Shown here one piece after another: positions 8,400 through 18,680 of a stretch of DNA of 64,000 bases (its first letter is position 1; each line of letters opens with the position of its first letter). Under the pieces are notes generated by a model. The model did no database searches. It saw only the letters and a list, made by a program, of their open reading frames with translations, and was not told the DNA's origin. Source of the stretch: an archaeon (GTDB lineage: Archaea; Methanobacteriota_B; Thermococci; Methanofastidiosales; NM3). Location: assembly GCA_004212155.1 (NCBI GenBank), contig RXIG01000008.1, positions 1-64,000 of the forward strand, in the 5' to 3' direction. The translations under genes were made by a program, and so were the position numbers.

Positions 8400-10019
8400 A
8401 TCAAGGAAGGCATCGCCATCGACCTCGGGACGAGCGGATTTCGGGCTCAGAGGATAGACCTCGGCTCGGGAGCGATCGCCCGTACAGCCATCACGCTTCG
8501 AAACCCCCTTCCGGGCGCGAACGTGATGGACCATCTTCACTTCGCCGTCACATGGGGTCAGGACACAGCGCACGACCTCGTCGTGCAGGCGCTCATGACG
8601 CTTTTCAATACGCTTGGCGCTACGCCCGGCTCGATCGACCGTATCGCCATCTGCGGCAATCCCATACAGCTCTCGCTCTTTCAAGGCATCCCCATCGACG
8701 ACCTTGCCTATGCGGGCGACAAGAAAAAGGAAAAGTACCACATCACAGATCAGGACCGCTCGGCATCCGTGCGCGACGCCGGCGAGATTGCCGGCATGGG
8801 GGCGTTTGAGGGGTGCGAGCTCCGAGTGCCCCCAGCCGTCAAGCACGAGGTTGGTGCCGATGCACTCGCATTGCTCGTGAAGTCGGGCATGCTCGATTCG
8901 TCCGAGATATCGATCGCCACCGACTATGGCACCAACGCGGAGATGGCGCTCAAGGTCGATGATATCATCTACACGGGGTCTGCAGCCGCAGGTCCAGCGC
9001 TCGAAGGCCAGGAGGTCGCATGTGGTACGCTGGCCAAGCCGCGCGTCGTGTCCGACATCGACTTCGAGGACGGCGCTTTCAGGTCGACGGTGCTAAGTGA
9101 TGACATGGACGAGTGCACAGGTGCGCTCTTCAATCCCATCGACGGTGAGATCTACGAGGAAGGCACGATAACCGCGACGGGCATCACCGGGACGGGGGTC
9201 ATCGCTCTCATTAAGGAGGGAATGGAGACCGAGCTCGTCAAACTGCCCCATATCAAGACACGCCACAAGGCGCTGTTGCTCCATGACGACCTCTACTTCG
9301 ACGAGCACGACCTCGTCGAAGCGGGACGCGCCATCGGCGCCATACGAGCCGGGCACGTCACGCTCTGCGATGCCGCCGGCATCGACGTGAAGGACATCGA
9401 GACGGCCTATATGTCGGGCGCGGCAGGCACGTACATGGATGCCGCCAAGGCACATATGGTGGGCCTCCTTCCGTATGCCGTAAGGGACGTCTATCAAATT
9501 GGCAACACATCCCTTGCCCTTGCGCGCGACGTGCTGCTCTCCGAGGACCGGCTCTGGGAGCTCGAGGACGTCGCACGTTCCGTTCGAGGGTCGCACGTGA
9601 TGTTTGCGACCTCGCCCGCGTTCAAGAAGGCATATATCAACGAGCTGTCCTACTGGGAGGAGGGCATGCCGTTTGAGCGCATGCAGACGATGCTCAAGCG
9701 CCGAGGACTGCCCATGGTCGCAGTCCCCACGACGGACCCGAAGGTGCACCGCATCGTCGTCAAGGACATACCAGACCTCGGAACGGAGGGACTCCGGGTG
9801 CTCGAGCGCACCGGCACGCTCCTCACGATGAAGATCGAGGGATGCACGCTGTGCGGCCAATGCGAGGAGGCCTGCACACACGAAGCCATCGAGCTGCGCG
9901 AGGACGGCACGGTAGTGATACGAAGCGACCTCTGCGACGGGTCGCACTGCCAGAAGTGCATACACGCATGCCCCGAGGAGCTGCTCTGCTGGGAGTGCCT
10001 GGAGGTGATGCCGCGATGA
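8400..10019 (+). CDS. ramA: Corrinoid protein reductive activase (RamA/RACE family, C-terminal ferredoxin domain)
   Basis: GIAIDLGTSGFRAQ, RNPLPGANVMDHL, TDYGTNAEMAL, AAAGPALEG, C-terminal CxxCxxCxxxC; start at ATC 8400 after GGAGGT. Confidence 0.92.
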   Translation: MKEGIAIDLGTSGFRAQRIDLGSGAIARTAITLRNPLPGANVMDHLHFAVTWGQDTAHDLVVQALMTLFNTLGATPGSIDRIAICGNPIQLSLFQGIPIDDLAYAGDKKKEKYHITDQDRSASVRDAGEIAGMGAFEGCELRVPPAVKHEVGADALALLVKSGMLDSSEISIATDYGTNAEMALKVDDIIYTGSAAAGPALEGQEVACGTLAKPRVVSDIDFEDGAFRSTVLSDDMDECTGALFNPIDGEIYEEGTITATGITGTGVIALIKEGMETELVKLPHIKTRHKALLLHDDLYFDEHDLVEAGRAIGAIRAGHVTLCDAAGIDVKDIETAYMSGAAGTYMDAAKAHMVGLLPYAVRDVYQIGNTSLALARDVLLSEDRLWELEDVARSVRGSHVMFATSPAFKKAYINELSYWEEGMPFERMQTMLKRRGLPMVAVPTTDPKVHRIVVKDIPDLGTEGLRVLERTGTLLTMKIEGCTLCGQCEEACTHEAIELREDGTVVIRSDLCDGSHCQKCIHACPEELLCWECLEVMPR

Positions 10020-11044
10020 AGGTTGTCATCATCGGCGGCTTCCTTGGCAGCGGGAAGACGACGACAATACTCACGCTCGGGCGGCTGCTTGGCGAGTCGG
10101 GCGAGAGGGTCGCCATCATCGTCAACGAGATAGGTGAGGTGGGCATCGACGGCGACGTCATCACACGCTACGGCTTTGAGACCAAGGAGCTCACCAACGG
10201 GTGCATATGCTGCAGCCTCAAGCGCGACATGAAGTACACGATACACCAGATGCGCGAGGCCTACGACCCGACATATATCCTCATCGAGCCGACGGGCATC
10301 GCGTTCCCGCTCCAGATCAAGGGCGAGATCGCGCGGATGAATATGGACGATGTCGAGTTTTCCCCCATCGTGACGCTCATCGACGGCACACGATTCAAGC
10401 AGCAGATGAAGGAGACGAAGAACTTCTCGCGAAGACAGATAACGGATGCGGAGGTGCTCTGCATCACCAAGGTGGACCTGATGAAGCCGCTCTATGTCCC
10501 CATCATCGAGACGTCGGTGAAGCAGATGAACCCCTCGGCACACTGCATGACGCTCTCCATGGTGACGGGCCAGGGTCTCGACGAGCTCATCGAACGCCTT
10601 GCCGACGAGAGCGTCGACCGGGCAGACGTGGTACTCGACCAGGATTCGATCGGCGCATCGGGCATAGCGACGCATGCACGCTCATATGTCGTCGATGCGC
10701 CAACGCTTGATGAGAAGACGGCAACTCGCTACGTCGCCGACGTGCTGCTGCATGTGCAAAGGAAGGTCGAGGAGCTCAATCCCGACTTCGTCGGGCACGT
10801 CAAGCTTACGCTGCTCCATCCGGACGTATCGCTTCGCGCAAGCATCACCGCTGCTGCGGACGAGCCGTCTATCGGCGCACTCGACGCCGGCCCAAGCGGC
10901 GAGCCGTCGCTGAAGGTGCTCGTTGCTGCAAGCAACGTGCCGTGGGAATCGCTTGCGGAGATCGCCGACGAGGCGGTGTCAAGGGCTGGAGAAAATCACT
11001 GCATCCGCACGACGCATGCCTTGCACCACGGCCATCGTCACTGA
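10016..11044 (+). CDS. CobW/COG0523 family P-loop GTPase (metallochaperone)
   Basis: GGFLGSGKTT, NEIGEVGID, GCICCS, IEPTG, His-rich C-terminus HALHHGHRH; ATGA overlap with ramA. Confidence 0.9.
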   Translation: MKVVIIGGFLGSGKTTTILTLGRLLGESGERVAIIVNEIGEVGIDGDVITRYGFETKELTNGCICCSLKRDMKYTIHQMREAYDPTYILIEPTGIAFPLQIKGEIARMNMDDVEFSPIVTLIDGTRFKQQMKETKNFSRRQITDAEVLCITKVDLMKPLYVPIIETSVKQMNPSAHCMTLSMVTGQGLDELIERLADESVDRADVVLDQDSIGASGIATHARSYVVDAPTLDEKTATRYVADVLLHVQRKVEELNPDFVGHVKLTLLHPDVSLRASITAAADEPSIGALDAGPSGEPSLKVLVAASNVPWESLAEIADEAVSRAGENHCIRTTHALHHGHRH

Positions 11045-11496
11045 CCAGTGTCTGATACTTGTTCGTTCGCCCCCTCATCCTCGAGTGCCTCAAGGTCCTT
11101 TTTCTTGGAATGCCTGTCGAGCACGAAGACCGCCACGAGGGCGATGAGAAGCAAGGGGATGCCATATTTTAAAAACTGGCTCGGTACGCCCTCTGCCCGC
11201 ACGTTGACCTTGTTCGAGAGGTCGGACTCGCCAGACTCATTGAACGCCGCGACCTGGTAGGTGCGTCTGTTGCCCCCCGATATGTCATCGACAAACGATG
11301 TGGTGCCAGGCGGCAGCTGCCTGTAGCGCATGCCGTCGCGATAGAGCCAGAATCCGTCCTCGTTGTCGTTGGGGTCGGTCCACGTGAGGTGCGCCTCTGA
11401 GTCTACAAGCGTCACATCGAGGTCGTCGGGCGCCTCGAGCGGCCCGGTGCTAAGCAGGAGCATGCAGCACATGAGGGCGATAACGGGGTGCATCAT
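11038..11496 (-). CDS. Small membrane-anchored fibronectin type III domain protein
   Basis: Signal peptide, LTWTD..NEDGF.LYRDG..SFVD..YQVAAFN..GES..SN, C-terminal TM helix. Confidence 0.8.
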   Translation of the reverse strand: MMHPVIALMCCMLLLSTGPLEAPDDLDVTLVDSEAHLTWTDPNDNEDGFWLYRDGMRYRQLPPGTTSFVDDISGGNRRTYQVAAFNESGESDLSNKVNVRAEGVPSQFLKYGIPLLLIALVAVFVLDRHSKKKDLEALEDEGANEQVSDTGQ

Positions 11497-11551
11497 CTCT
11501 TGGTTCGAGAAGATGCTATATAATCCTTTGGATGCAAAGAAAAAAGAGAAG

Positions 11552-12910
11552 CTAGATAAGCGATAGAATCTCTTCCATTAACTCAACAGCTTTCATCAAC
11601 TCACTGTTCGCATAGATCATATTCGCTGTGCTTGTTGCATTGCCCATATGTATCGTTATCTGGTCAAGTAGTGATGCAACATCGTCTGATACACCCTCTG
11701 GCAATTGGCCTTGCATTTCAGCAAAGAGTGTATTTGCGCGTGATAGCATCGTGTTTTTCAAAGGGATAAACGAGACCAGGGGGCTTACTTGCGGACGAAT
11801 GGAAATCGTGTCAGTGAATGTATCTGTGGCTCCCGAATCATCAGTGACCCTGAGGGTAACGTCATGAAGGCCAGCTTCCACGTAGTAAAACGTCGTCAAG
11901 GCTCCCGTGTCATCGTACGTACCATCGTCATCCCAATCCCATTCAAAAAGGACTATGGTGCCATCGGAATCACTGGAGGGGGAAGCGTTGAATGTAATCG
12001 TTTGCCCGGCAAGTGGTGATGCCGGCGAGAATGAATACATGGCCTGAGGTCTGGCATTTACAACAACATCCGTACTGTATGTATCGCTGGCACCTTCATC
12101 ATCAGTGATGCGCAACGTGACGGTGTGGGTGCCTGCAGTGGTGAACGTATGGAGTGCTGATGTAGACGTACTAGTATGATCGTAGGTGCCATCATCGTTC
12201 CAATCCCATTCGTAGAGGTCTATCGTTCCGTCGGGGTCGGATGACGAGGACGCATCGAAAGAAACTTCTTGTCCAGTAGCAGGCAGAGTTGGGGCATAAT
12301 CAAAATCAGCGTTGGGGTCTTGATTAATTACAGTTTTGCCAACAACAACGTTGTCAATGATAAAGTACCACACCCATGTACCTTCATTTGTGGAATACCA
12401 GAATTCAATATACACATTGGAAGGGTCTGAATATCCGCTCGGGTCAAACGCCGCTGTGTAATGTTCGCCTCCTGCTGGGTCATCAACAGTCGAATACCAT
12501 AGTTCTTCCTCAAAATATGAGGTTCCTGTGCCGCCAGAATATATAGATATGCTCGCCTCGTCTCCTTCCAAATTAGCCTGGAAGTTCTTGTCTACCGAGA
12601 GTGTAACAGAGGTGAGGCCAGACATATCAATAGAAGGCGTAAACAATCCTACATCATATTTAACGCCAAAGTTGCCGTCGCTATCGGCGATAGCCACATA
12701 ACCGTCACTGTTTGGAGGTAAATTCGAGGATCTATATACGCCTTCCCAATCTCCTGTGCCACTATATATCACTTGGGACCAATTAGAAGGAATTCCACTT
12801 TCAAAGTCTTCCTCTAGCAATGTAGGAGCAGCCGAGCTTTCAAAAGGCATGTATGTAACGGCCAACGAAATAAATAGTATGGAAATTAATATAATGACTT
12901 TATTACGCAC
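11552..12910 (-). CDS. Secreted protein: cleaved-adhesin/jelly-roll-like domain, two PKD domains, conserved C-terminal helical domain
   Basis: EDFESGIPSNW..LFTPSIDMS..IDNV; two FDASSSSD.DG.I..YEWDW.DDG..VTLR.TDD.GA repeats; lower GC than its neighbours. Confidence 0.85.
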   Translation of the reverse strand: MRNKVIILISILFISLAVTYMPFESSAAPTLLEEDFESGIPSNWSQVIYSGTGDWEGVYRSSNLPPNSDGYVAIADSDGNFGVKYDVGLFTPSIDMSGLTSVTLSVDKNFQANLEGDEASISIYSGGTGTSYFEEELWYSTVDDPAGGEHYTAAFDPSGYSDPSNVYIEFWYSTNEGTWVWYFIIDNVVVGKTVINQDPNADFDYAPTLPATGQEVSFDASSSSDPDGTIDLYEWDWNDDGTYDHTSTSTSALHTFTTAGTHTVTLRITDDEGASDTYSTDVVVNARPQAMYSFSPASPLAGQTITFNASPSSDSDGTIVLFEWDWDDDGTYDDTGALTTFYYVEAGLHDVTLRVTDDSGATDTFTDTISIRPQVSPLVSFIPLKNTMLSRANTLFAEMQGQLPEGVSDDVASLLDQITIHMGNATSTANMIYANSELMKAVELMEEILSLI

Positions 12911-13115
12911 GAGTACCACCAAAATGAATACATTATATTTCTAACAATTGTTTTTATAAAATTATTGTATTTAAATATATATTTCATGATTTGAAATGAT
13001 AATTTTAATTATGAATAAACAATGAATGGTGTGAAAAGGCTGATCCTCTTGTAATTTTTTCCAAAAATTATAGATTTCATATATCATATGCATTATCATT
13101 GCACGTTCCGAAGCA

Positions 13116-13607
13116 ATGTGCATGGAACACACCTGCACGCTTGGGGACTTCACATCGTTTCTCAGGGTGACCTGCGGATTCGACTTCGACAACGAACGCC
13201 ACACGTTCGGAGAGCGCATAAAACTGCAAAAATATGTATTTCTGGCCCTTAAGATGGGCATGAACGCCGTCGTGCCGCTCGATTACAGCATGTACATTCG
13301 CGGGCCGTACTCGAGCATGCTCGCAGACATCTACTTCAACGGCAAGGAATGGCACCGCTCGCTCTTTTCCACCGACCGATTCGACGTGGCGCGCTATGTC
13401 AGGGCTCTCTCGGACAGGGACACGCTCTGGCTTGAGGTCGCATCGACGATACTTTTTGTCAACGGGCACACGCTCGCTGCCTACGAGGAGCCGCCGACAC
13501 GCGATATGGCGATCGAGCGCGTACTCGCGCTCAAGAGCTACGATCGGGAGACGGTCGGGCGCATCTACGACGATCTGGTGCATGTTGGGCTCATACAGGC
13601 GAAATAG
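13116..13607 (+). CDS. YwgA/SocA(DUF4065)-like winged-helix protein
   Basis: RIKLQKYVFL..YSMYIRGPYSSMLAD..LEVASTILF motif pattern. Confidence 0.55.
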   Translation: MCMEHTCTLGDFTSFLRVTCGFDFDNERHTFGERIKLQKYVFLALKMGMNAVVPLDYSMYIRGPYSSMLADIYFNGKEWHRSLFSTDRFDVARYVRALSDRDTLWLEVASTILFVNGHTLAAYEEPPTRDMAIERVLALKSYDRETVGRIYDDLVHVGLIQAK

Positions 13608-13669
13608 GCATGCCCAAATCATAAAAAACTATATAAGTAATGAGACCCAATCCCACACTACATTGGATA

Positions 13670-14134
13670 TCACAACAGTGTGATCTCTGACTCCTTTGTG
13701 GTCTTTAGTACGAGGACGGTATGTGTCTTCTCGATGAGCGAATGTGACTGCACGCGCTTGAGGAACGCGTCGAGTTCGCTTCGCGAGGGAAACACTGATA
13801 TCACTACTGCGTCATACTCGCCAGTAACATCATAGATCGTGATGATGTTCTTTTCCTTGCCAAGCTCGTTTGCCACCTCGGGGAACTTCCCCTTGGCGAT
13901 CTTGAGCGTTGTGATGACGACGATGTCATAGCCCAGTGCCTCGTAATCCACCGAGATGGTATAGCGCTTGATGATGCCGCTGTCCTCGAGATGGCGTATC
14001 CTGTTGACCACCGTACCGACGGAGACGCGGGCCTGTGAGGCGAGCGAGCGCACCGGCGTGCGGGCGTCGCGCAGGAGAGCCTGAAGTATGATGCGGTCCG
14101 TTTCGTCAATGCCTTGTGAGTCCATTGGAGTCAT
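13670..14134 (-). CDS. Lrp/AsnC family transcriptional regulator
   Basis: IDETDRIIL..L.RDAR..HTH..RIRHLEDSGII; VTGEYD; divergent from the aconitase operon. Confidence 0.93.
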   Translation of the reverse strand: MTPMDSQGIDETDRIILQALLRDARTPVRSLASQARVSVGTVVNRIRHLEDSGIIKRYTISVDYEALGYDIVVITTLKIAKGKFPEVANELGKEKNIITIYDVTGEYDAVVISVFPSRSELDAFLKRVQSHSLIEKTHTVLVLKTTKESEITLL

Positions 14135-14266
14135 ATTGATTGAACAAATATATAAAATTTTTGTATAAAAATATAAGTAGTTCAAGAAATAACGAAAATT
14201 TTATATATTATAGCAAAAGAGATAGAGATATACTGTACAATGATAATCATAACGTAGGTGATTGCC

Positions 14267-16192
14267 ATATCAAAAAATATTGTTGAGAAAATAATAGACA
14301 AGCATATCGTTGATGAGAGTGAGCACGAGGTCGGCATACGCATCGACCAGACGCTCACCCAGGACGCCACGGGCACCATGGTCTACCTGGAGCTCGAGGC
14401 GATAGACATCGATTCCGTCAAGACGGAGCTTTCAGTAAGCTACGTCGACCACAACACCTTGCAGTGCGGGTACGAGAACGCAGACGACCACCTCTACCTG
14501 CGAACGATCGCCGACCGGTTCGGCGTCATCTATTCACGACCAGGAAACGGCATCTGCCACCAGATGCACCTTGAACGATTCTCATCGCCAACGAAGACGC
14601 TGCTTGGGTCCGACTCCCACACGCCGACGTGTGGGGGCGTCGGGTCGCTTGCCATCGGGGCGGGCGGCATCGACGTCGCTGCGGCCATGGCGGGCGAACC
14701 GTTCTACATGCCCAGGCCCCGCGTCATGAAGGTCGAGCTCACAGGCGAGCTCCCGCCCGAAAGCGAGGCAAAGGACGTCATACTCCACCTCCTCTCGATA
14801 CTGAGCACGAAGGGCAACGTCGGCTACATCGTCGAGTACGGCGGACCCGGCGTCAAGACGCTCTCGGTCCCCGAACGGGCCACGATCTGCAACATGGGTG
14901 CAGAGCTCGGCGTCACGACATCGATCTTTCCATCCGACGAGGTGACCGAGCGATTCTTCGAGGCGCAAAAGCGCGACAAGGACTACCACAAGCTCGTCGC
15001 GGACAAGGGTGCGCGCTACGACAAGACCGTCGCGATCGATCTGTCAAGCATCAAGCCCATGGTGGCACGACCTCACAGTCCCGATAATGTCGCAACAGTC
15101 GCATCGCTTGCGGGAACGCCGCTGCAGCAGGTCTGCATCGGCTCGTGCACCAACTCATCGCTCTATGACATGGTGGTGGCATACCGCACGCTCAAGGGCA
15201 AGCGCGTGCCGCCGGGCACCGACCTCGTCATCGCGCCGGGGTCGAGGCAGGTGGTGCTCACCATGGAAAAGCTCGGGCTGCTCGAGGAGTTCATCGAGTG
15301 CGGGGCGCGCATCATGGAGCCGACGTGCGGATTTTGCATCGGCAACGGCCAGTCGCCTGCAACAGGCGCCAACACGCTTCGCACCAGCAACCGCAACTTC
15401 CACGGCAGGTCGGGGACGACCTCTGCAGACATCTACCTAAGCGGTGTGAGGGTCGCAGCAGCGTCGGCGCTTGCCGGCGCACTTGCCATGCCCCCTAAGA
15501 TCGATGAGGACGATGAGCTGGTTCGCAAGGCGCGTGACCTCTCGGTGCTCGAGATCGACGACTCGATGCTTGTCCATCCCACGGGAAAGGCAGATGTCGT
15601 CAAGGGGCCAAACATCGGACCACCACCACACGGCACACCGCTTGACGGCGACATCAAGGGCGTTGCCACGCTCAAGGTGGGCGACAAGATCACCACCGAC
15701 GACATCATGCCAGCGGGAGAACGGCTCAAGTTCCGCTCGAACATCGCTCGCTACGCAGAGTTCGTCTTCGAGCACGTCGACCCCGACTTCCACGACCGAG
15801 CGCGCGCGAATCGGGATGACGATATCGCAAATTTCATCATCGCGGGCGTCTCGTACGGACAGGGCTCGTCACGCGAGCATGCGGCCATCTGTCCCGCATT
15901 CCTCGGCGTGCGGGCCGTCATCTGCAAGTCGATCGAGCGCATACACCGCGCCAACCTCCTCAACTTCGGCATCGCCCCCCTCACGTTCGCCGATGAACGC
16001 GACTACGGCTACATCGACGAGGGAGACGAGCTCGAGCTCAAGGACGTGCAACGCGGCATGGAGACGGGCGAGTTCACGCTCTACAATCTCACCAAGGACA
16101 AGAAGATAATCCTCGAGGGAGCGTTTTCCGAACGGGAGGTAGACTACCTCAGGGCGGGCGGAAAGCTCCATGCGATAGGGGGCGGTGCGTAA
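14267..16192 (+). CDS. acn: Aconitate hydratase (single-chain, ~640 aa type)
   Basis: [40 protein letters not shown]; start either ATA 14267 or GTG 14258 (the GTG lies inside the SD). Confidence 0.92.
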   Translation: MSKNIVEKIIDKHIVDESEHEVGIRIDQTLTQDATGTMVYLELEAIDIDSVKTELSVSYVDHNTLQCGYENADDHLYLRTIADRFGVIYSRPGNGICHQMHLERFSSPTKTLLGSDSHTPTCGGVGSLAIGAGGIDVAAAMAGEPFYMPRPRVMKVELTGELPPESEAKDVILHLLSILSTKGNVGYIVEYGGPGVKTLSVPERATICNMGAELGVTTSIFPSDEVTERFFEAQKRDKDYHKLVADKGARYDKTVAIDLSSIKPMVARPHSPDNVATVASLAGTPLQQVCIGSCTNSSLYDMVVAYRTLKGKRVPPGTDLVIAPGSRQVVLTMEKLGLLEEFIECGARIMEPTCGFCIGNGQSPATGANTLRTSNRNFHGRSGTTSADIYLSGVRVAAASALAGALAMPPKIDEDDELVRKARDLSVLEIDDSMLVHPTGKADVVKGPNIGPPPHGTPLDGDIKGVATLKVGDKITTDDIMPAGERLKFRSNIARYAEFVFEHVDPDFHDRARANRDDDIANFIIAGVSYGQGSSREHAAICPAFLGVRAVICKSIERIHRANLLNFGIAPLTFADERDYGYIDEGDELELKDVQRGMETGEFTLYNLTKDKKIILEGAFSEREVDYLRAGGKLHAIGGGA

Positions 16193-17280
16193 TGGCGTCA
16201 CACGACGTCACGCTGCTCACCGGCGACGGCATCGGCCCCGAGATCGCCGAGGCGACGAGGCGCTGCATCGACGCCACCGGCGTCACGATCAACTGGCACG
16301 TCAAGGAGGCGGGACTGAAGGTCTTCGAGGAGACAGGGGACCCGCTGCCGCCAGATGTCGTCGACACGATACGCAAGACGAAGGTCGCTATCAAGGCGCC
16401 CATAACGACGCCTGTAGGCAAGGGATTCAGGAGCGTCAACGTGCGGCTGCGAAAGGAGCTCGACCTCTATGCATGCCTGCGGCCCTGCAAAAGCTATGCC
16501 GGCGTGAACTCGAAGTTCGACGACATCGACCTCGTCGTCGTGCGTGAGAACACCGAGGACCTCTATGCAGGCATCGAGTTCAAGGAGGGGGAGGGTGCGA
16601 CCCACAGGCTCATCGACACGATCGCCGAGCTCACAGGGGACAGCATCCCTCAGGACTCGGGGATATCGATCAAGCCGATCTCGATCCAGCGCTCCGAGCG
16701 CATCGTGCGCTTCGCGTTCGACTATGCGCGCGAGAACGGCCGCACGAAGGTGACGGCAGTGCACAAGGCAAACATCATGAAGTATTCCGACGGGCTCTTC
16801 CTCGAGGTGGCACGCATGGTGGCAAAGGACTACCCCGACATCGAATTCGAGGACCGCATCGTCGACAACATGTGTATGCAGCTCGTGCAAAAGCCGCAGC
16901 TCTACGACGTGCTCGTGCTGCCAAACCTCTACGGCGACATCGTCTCAGACCTCTGCGCAGGGCTCGTGGGCGGTCTCGGCGTGGCACCCGGCGGCAACAT
17001 CGGGCGCGACATGGCGGTGTTCGAGGCGACCCACGGCTCGGCGCCTAAGTACGCGGGCACGAACAAGGCAAACCCAACGGCACTCATCCTCAGCGGCGTG
17101 CTCATGCTGCGCCACATCGGCGAGCGCGAGGCGGCTGATAAGCTCGAAAGGGCCATCTCGAGCGTCATCAGGGAGAAAAGGGACGTGACCTTTGACCTCA
17201 AGGAGGACCGAAACGACCCCACTGCGGTGGGGACGAGCGAGATGGCAGATGCGATCATCCGCACCATGGAGGCGATATGA
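16192..17280 (+). CDS. icd: Isocitrate dehydrogenase (isocitrate/isopropylmalate DH family)
   Basis: [51 protein letters not shown]; lies between aconitase and citrate synthase. Confidence 0.88.
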   Translation: MASHDVTLLTGDGIGPEIAEATRRCIDATGVTINWHVKEAGLKVFEETGDPLPPDVVDTIRKTKVAIKAPITTPVGKGFRSVNVRLRKELDLYACLRPCKSYAGVNSKFDDIDLVVVRENTEDLYAGIEFKEGEGATHRLIDTIAELTGDSIPQDSGISIKPISIQRSERIVRFAFDYARENGRTKVTAVHKANIMKYSDGLFLEVARMVAKDYPDIEFEDRIVDNMCMQLVQKPQLYDVLVLPNLYGDIVSDLCAGLVGGLGVAPGGNIGRDMAVFEATHGSAPKYAGTNKANPTALILSGVLMLRHIGEREAADKLERAISSVIREKRDVTFDLKEDRNDPTAVGTSEMADAIIRTMEAI

Positions 17281-18620
17281 TGGACTCACTAGAAGATTTG
17301 TATGAATTGGTTGATTTTAACGACAACATCACCCAGGACCTGTATGCGAAGTACAACGTCAAGCGAGGTCTCCGCAATCCGGACGGAAGCGGCGTGCTCG
17401 TGGGGCTCACCAACATCTCAGCGGTGTTTGGGTTCACGAAAAAGGACGAGGATGTCGTCCCCATCGAGGGTGAGCTCTACTACCGCGGATTTTCCATCAA
17501 GGACCTTGTGAAGGGATTCCAGGACGAGGGCAGACATGGTTTTGACGAGAGCGCGTTCCTCGTACTCTTCGGCAAGCTGCCCACACAGGAGGAGCTCGAC
17601 CTCTACACGCAGCGGCTCAAGGCGCTGCGTCCGCTCTACCCGGGATTCAACGAGACGGTGATCATGCGCTACAACTGCAAGAACATCATGAACATGCTCG
17701 GCAGGAGCGTGCTCGCCCTCTACACGTTCGACAACGACCCCGAAAGCATCACCACGAGAAACCTCATGCACCAGTCGATCAATCTCATCGCGAAGTTCCC
17801 GACGATCGTGGCCTACTCGTACCACGCCATGCGCCACAAGTTCTACGACGACAGCCTCGTCGTCCACCATCCGCGCGACGACCTGACGACGGTTGAGAAC
17901 TTCCTCTACATGCTGCGAAAGTCAGGCGACTTCACGCAGCTTGAGGCCGACACGCTCGACCTTGCGCTCATGCTCCACATCGACCACGGCGGCGGCAACA
18001 ACTCGACGTTCACCACCCACGTGGTGAGTTCGAGCGGCACCGACACCTACTCGGCGATCACCGCGGCGATAGGGTCGCTCAAGGGGCCGCTCCACGGCGG
18101 TGCCAACAGGTCGGTCACCGACATGATGGACGACTTCAAGGAGAAGGTCACCGACTGGTCCGACGAGGGCGAGATCGAGGACCACCTCAGAAAGATCCTC
18201 ACCAAGAAGGCGTTTGACAAGTCGGGCAAGGTCTACGGACTCGGCCATGCGGTCTACACGAAGTCGGACCCGCGAGCCGTGATCCTCAAGGACAAGGCGG
18301 CCGAGCTCGCCAAAGAGAAGGACCGTTATGATGAGTTCAAGCTCTACGATACGATCGAGCGGCTCACGCCCGACGTCTTCGAGGACGTCAAGGGGTATCC
18401 GAAGATCATATCGCCCAACGTCGACTTCTACTCCGGATTCGTCTACGACTGCCTCGACATACCGCGCGACGTCTACACGCCGCTCTTCGCGGTGGCACGC
18501 ATCGTCGGATGGTGTGCGCACCGCATCGAGGAGATACGAAACGGCAAGAAGATCATCAGACCCGCATACAAGAACGTCGCGTACTTCAAGAAGTACGTGC
18601 CGCTTACAGAGCGCCTTTGA
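17277..18620 (+). CDS. gltA: Citrate (Si)-synthase
   Basis: [39 protein letters not shown]. Confidence 0.95.
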   Translation: MMDSLEDLYELVDFNDNITQDLYAKYNVKRGLRNPDGSGVLVGLTNISAVFGFTKKDEDVVPIEGELYYRGFSIKDLVKGFQDEGRHGFDESAFLVLFGKLPTQEELDLYTQRLKALRPLYPGFNETVIMRYNCKNIMNMLGRSVLALYTFDNDPESITTRNLMHQSINLIAKFPTIVAYSYHAMRHKFYDDSLVVHHPRDDLTTVENFLYMLRKSGDFTQLEADTLDLALMLHIDHGGGNNSTFTTHVVSSSGTDTYSAITAAIGSLKGPLHGGANRSVTDMMDDFKEKVTDWSDEGEIEDHLRKILTKKAFDKSGKVYGLGHAVYTKSDPRAVILKDKAAELAKEKDRYDEFKLYDTIERLTPDVFEDVKGYPKIISPNVDFYSGFVYDCLDIPRDVYTPLFAVARIVGWCAHRIEEIRNGKKIIRPAYKNVAYFKKYVPLTERL

Positions 18621-18680
18621 GGCGCCTCCCTTTTCTTTTTCATTTTTATTACTCGCAGGCACACGCCGGATGGCGCGGGG

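Noticed and set aside
8523-10019. ramA as a 5'-truncated pseudogene
   Set aside because: The missing N-terminus is intact in frame from 8400 with a strong SD, so a non-canonical start is the simpler reading.
5077-11044. Pyrrolysine or selenocysteine read-through in the methyltransferase cluster
   Set aside because: All frames are open at full family length with no internal TAG or TGA; methanol MtaB does not use pyrrolysine.
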